Below are positions 59,629-64,000 of a stretch of DNA of 64,000 nucleotides, piece after piece. The number at the start of each line of letters is the position of its first letter. Positions within the stretch are counted from its first letter, which is position 1. Below the pieces are notes generated by a model that worked only from the letters and a program-made list of their open reading frames with translations, had not been told where the DNA came from and did no database searches. This DNA is from Chrysomallon squamiferum (Eukaryota; Animalia; Mollusca). The position numbers and the translations under genes are program-made. The stretch lies in assembly GCA_012295275.1 (NCBI GenBank), contig CM022678.1, positions 16,120,001-16,184,000 on the forward strand. The letters run 5' to 3'.

Positions 59629-60623
59629 CTACATCTGGCTTAAGATCACGTGGTTTATGCTTATCTGTAAGACATAAATTAGTTGTTTCAGAGCACAATT
59701 ACTGGCACCGCAGAATAAATTTATTTTTAGCATGAAGGAAGTCACAAGCAATTATTCTACCCAACTTTAAAACTTAATAAAGGGAAATAACTCGTATAAC
59801 TATAAAATTAAATGTCCAAATAGGGTGGCATTGTAATTTGATATGTTACTTATGTAGGATTGTTTTCGTCATGGGCATGTTAAATATAACATTAACTAAC
59901 CAGCAGGAATAATAATAAACATATACCAGCAATTAATATTTGGCGGATCCACAATCCAGGCCAGGGGAGTCTCAAAGACTAATACGGGCTATATCATACT
60001 CATAGTATATGTCATGGACTCCTCTTTACGGGAAATAGATATAGATTTATACAGTTATTTTATATATATATAACTGTATTGCTTCAGAAGTTAAATGCTG
60101 ACAGGTTAATGAAGACGAAATGCGACAGGTTAGAGCCTACAGCTTGAAATTATAAATATCACTGACGAAAATGCATAATGATATATATTTTGACAGTAAT
60201 GTTTTCGGAAGTCAAACACACGTACAAAGCAATTTCTGACAGAAATGTTTGACATACTTTTTTTTCGATTATAAACTTCATTTTCACAAGTTAATTCAAA
60301 ATACTAATTCTTCAGATGCAGTATTCAAAAATAAATGGTACAAAAAATTCCATTCTCTTACATAAATACTATGATATGAAAATAGTAAGAAGCAACACTT
60401 TTGCTTCAAATATTTATCGTTAATATAAAGGGACAGTCTAAAACCGAATAATTTTTTAAAGCACAATAACAGTTATTTCAGACCGTACGACCTGCGCACG
60501 CACACGGTTATAACGTTACTGCAATGCTCCGTTTAAATGGTGCAACATGCGAAAACCAGCATAGTTTGTGTACTTCCTGTTACATTTCGGCAACAGATCC
60601 AAACAAGTCTTGAACTGTCCAAA

Positions 60624-63852
<3,229 letters not shown>

Positions 63853-64000
63853 GTAATTTATATTCTTTACTTCCTTAATCCCATTTTATACAAGATTATT
63901 CCATGGTTGAAAAATTGGCTTGAGTCATGTTACATTATAGTACCTCCTGTATTTGTGTTTTAGCCATTTCATATATTAAAAGTTAGTCTAGTGAAAGTGC

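Overview
AT-rich, microsatellite-laden animal genomic DNA with spliceosomal introns. A mollusc-like lophotrochozoan is likely, but that is inference. Bases 1-35,000 are a tandem segmental array holding three intact 5-exon genes (305 aa each) that encode signal peptide + PAN/apple-like domain + fibrinogen C-terminal (FReD) domain. The array also holds the tail of an upstream unit and an exon-less vestige of a probably deleted unit. Three times in the array (428, 10815, 23691) the minus strand carries an unannotated 128-138 nt candidate terminal exon encoding a Pro-rich peptide. This exon is far more divergent between copies than its flanks, almost entirely by amino-acid-changing substitutions, and is the most interesting signal in the window. 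Introns of the array contain a decayed Tc1-type transposon (all copies) and a TA-flanked MITE (copy 3 only). To the right lie a CTCF-like motif, a complete 7-exon GILT/IFI30 gene (minus), a complete unc-45 gene with 20 coding exons (minus, 932 aa), and head-to-head with it the first 7 exons of a C8orf34-like gene (plus, truncated by the window end). All exon structures were assembled by eye from GT-AG boundaries and frame continuity. No database search was run.
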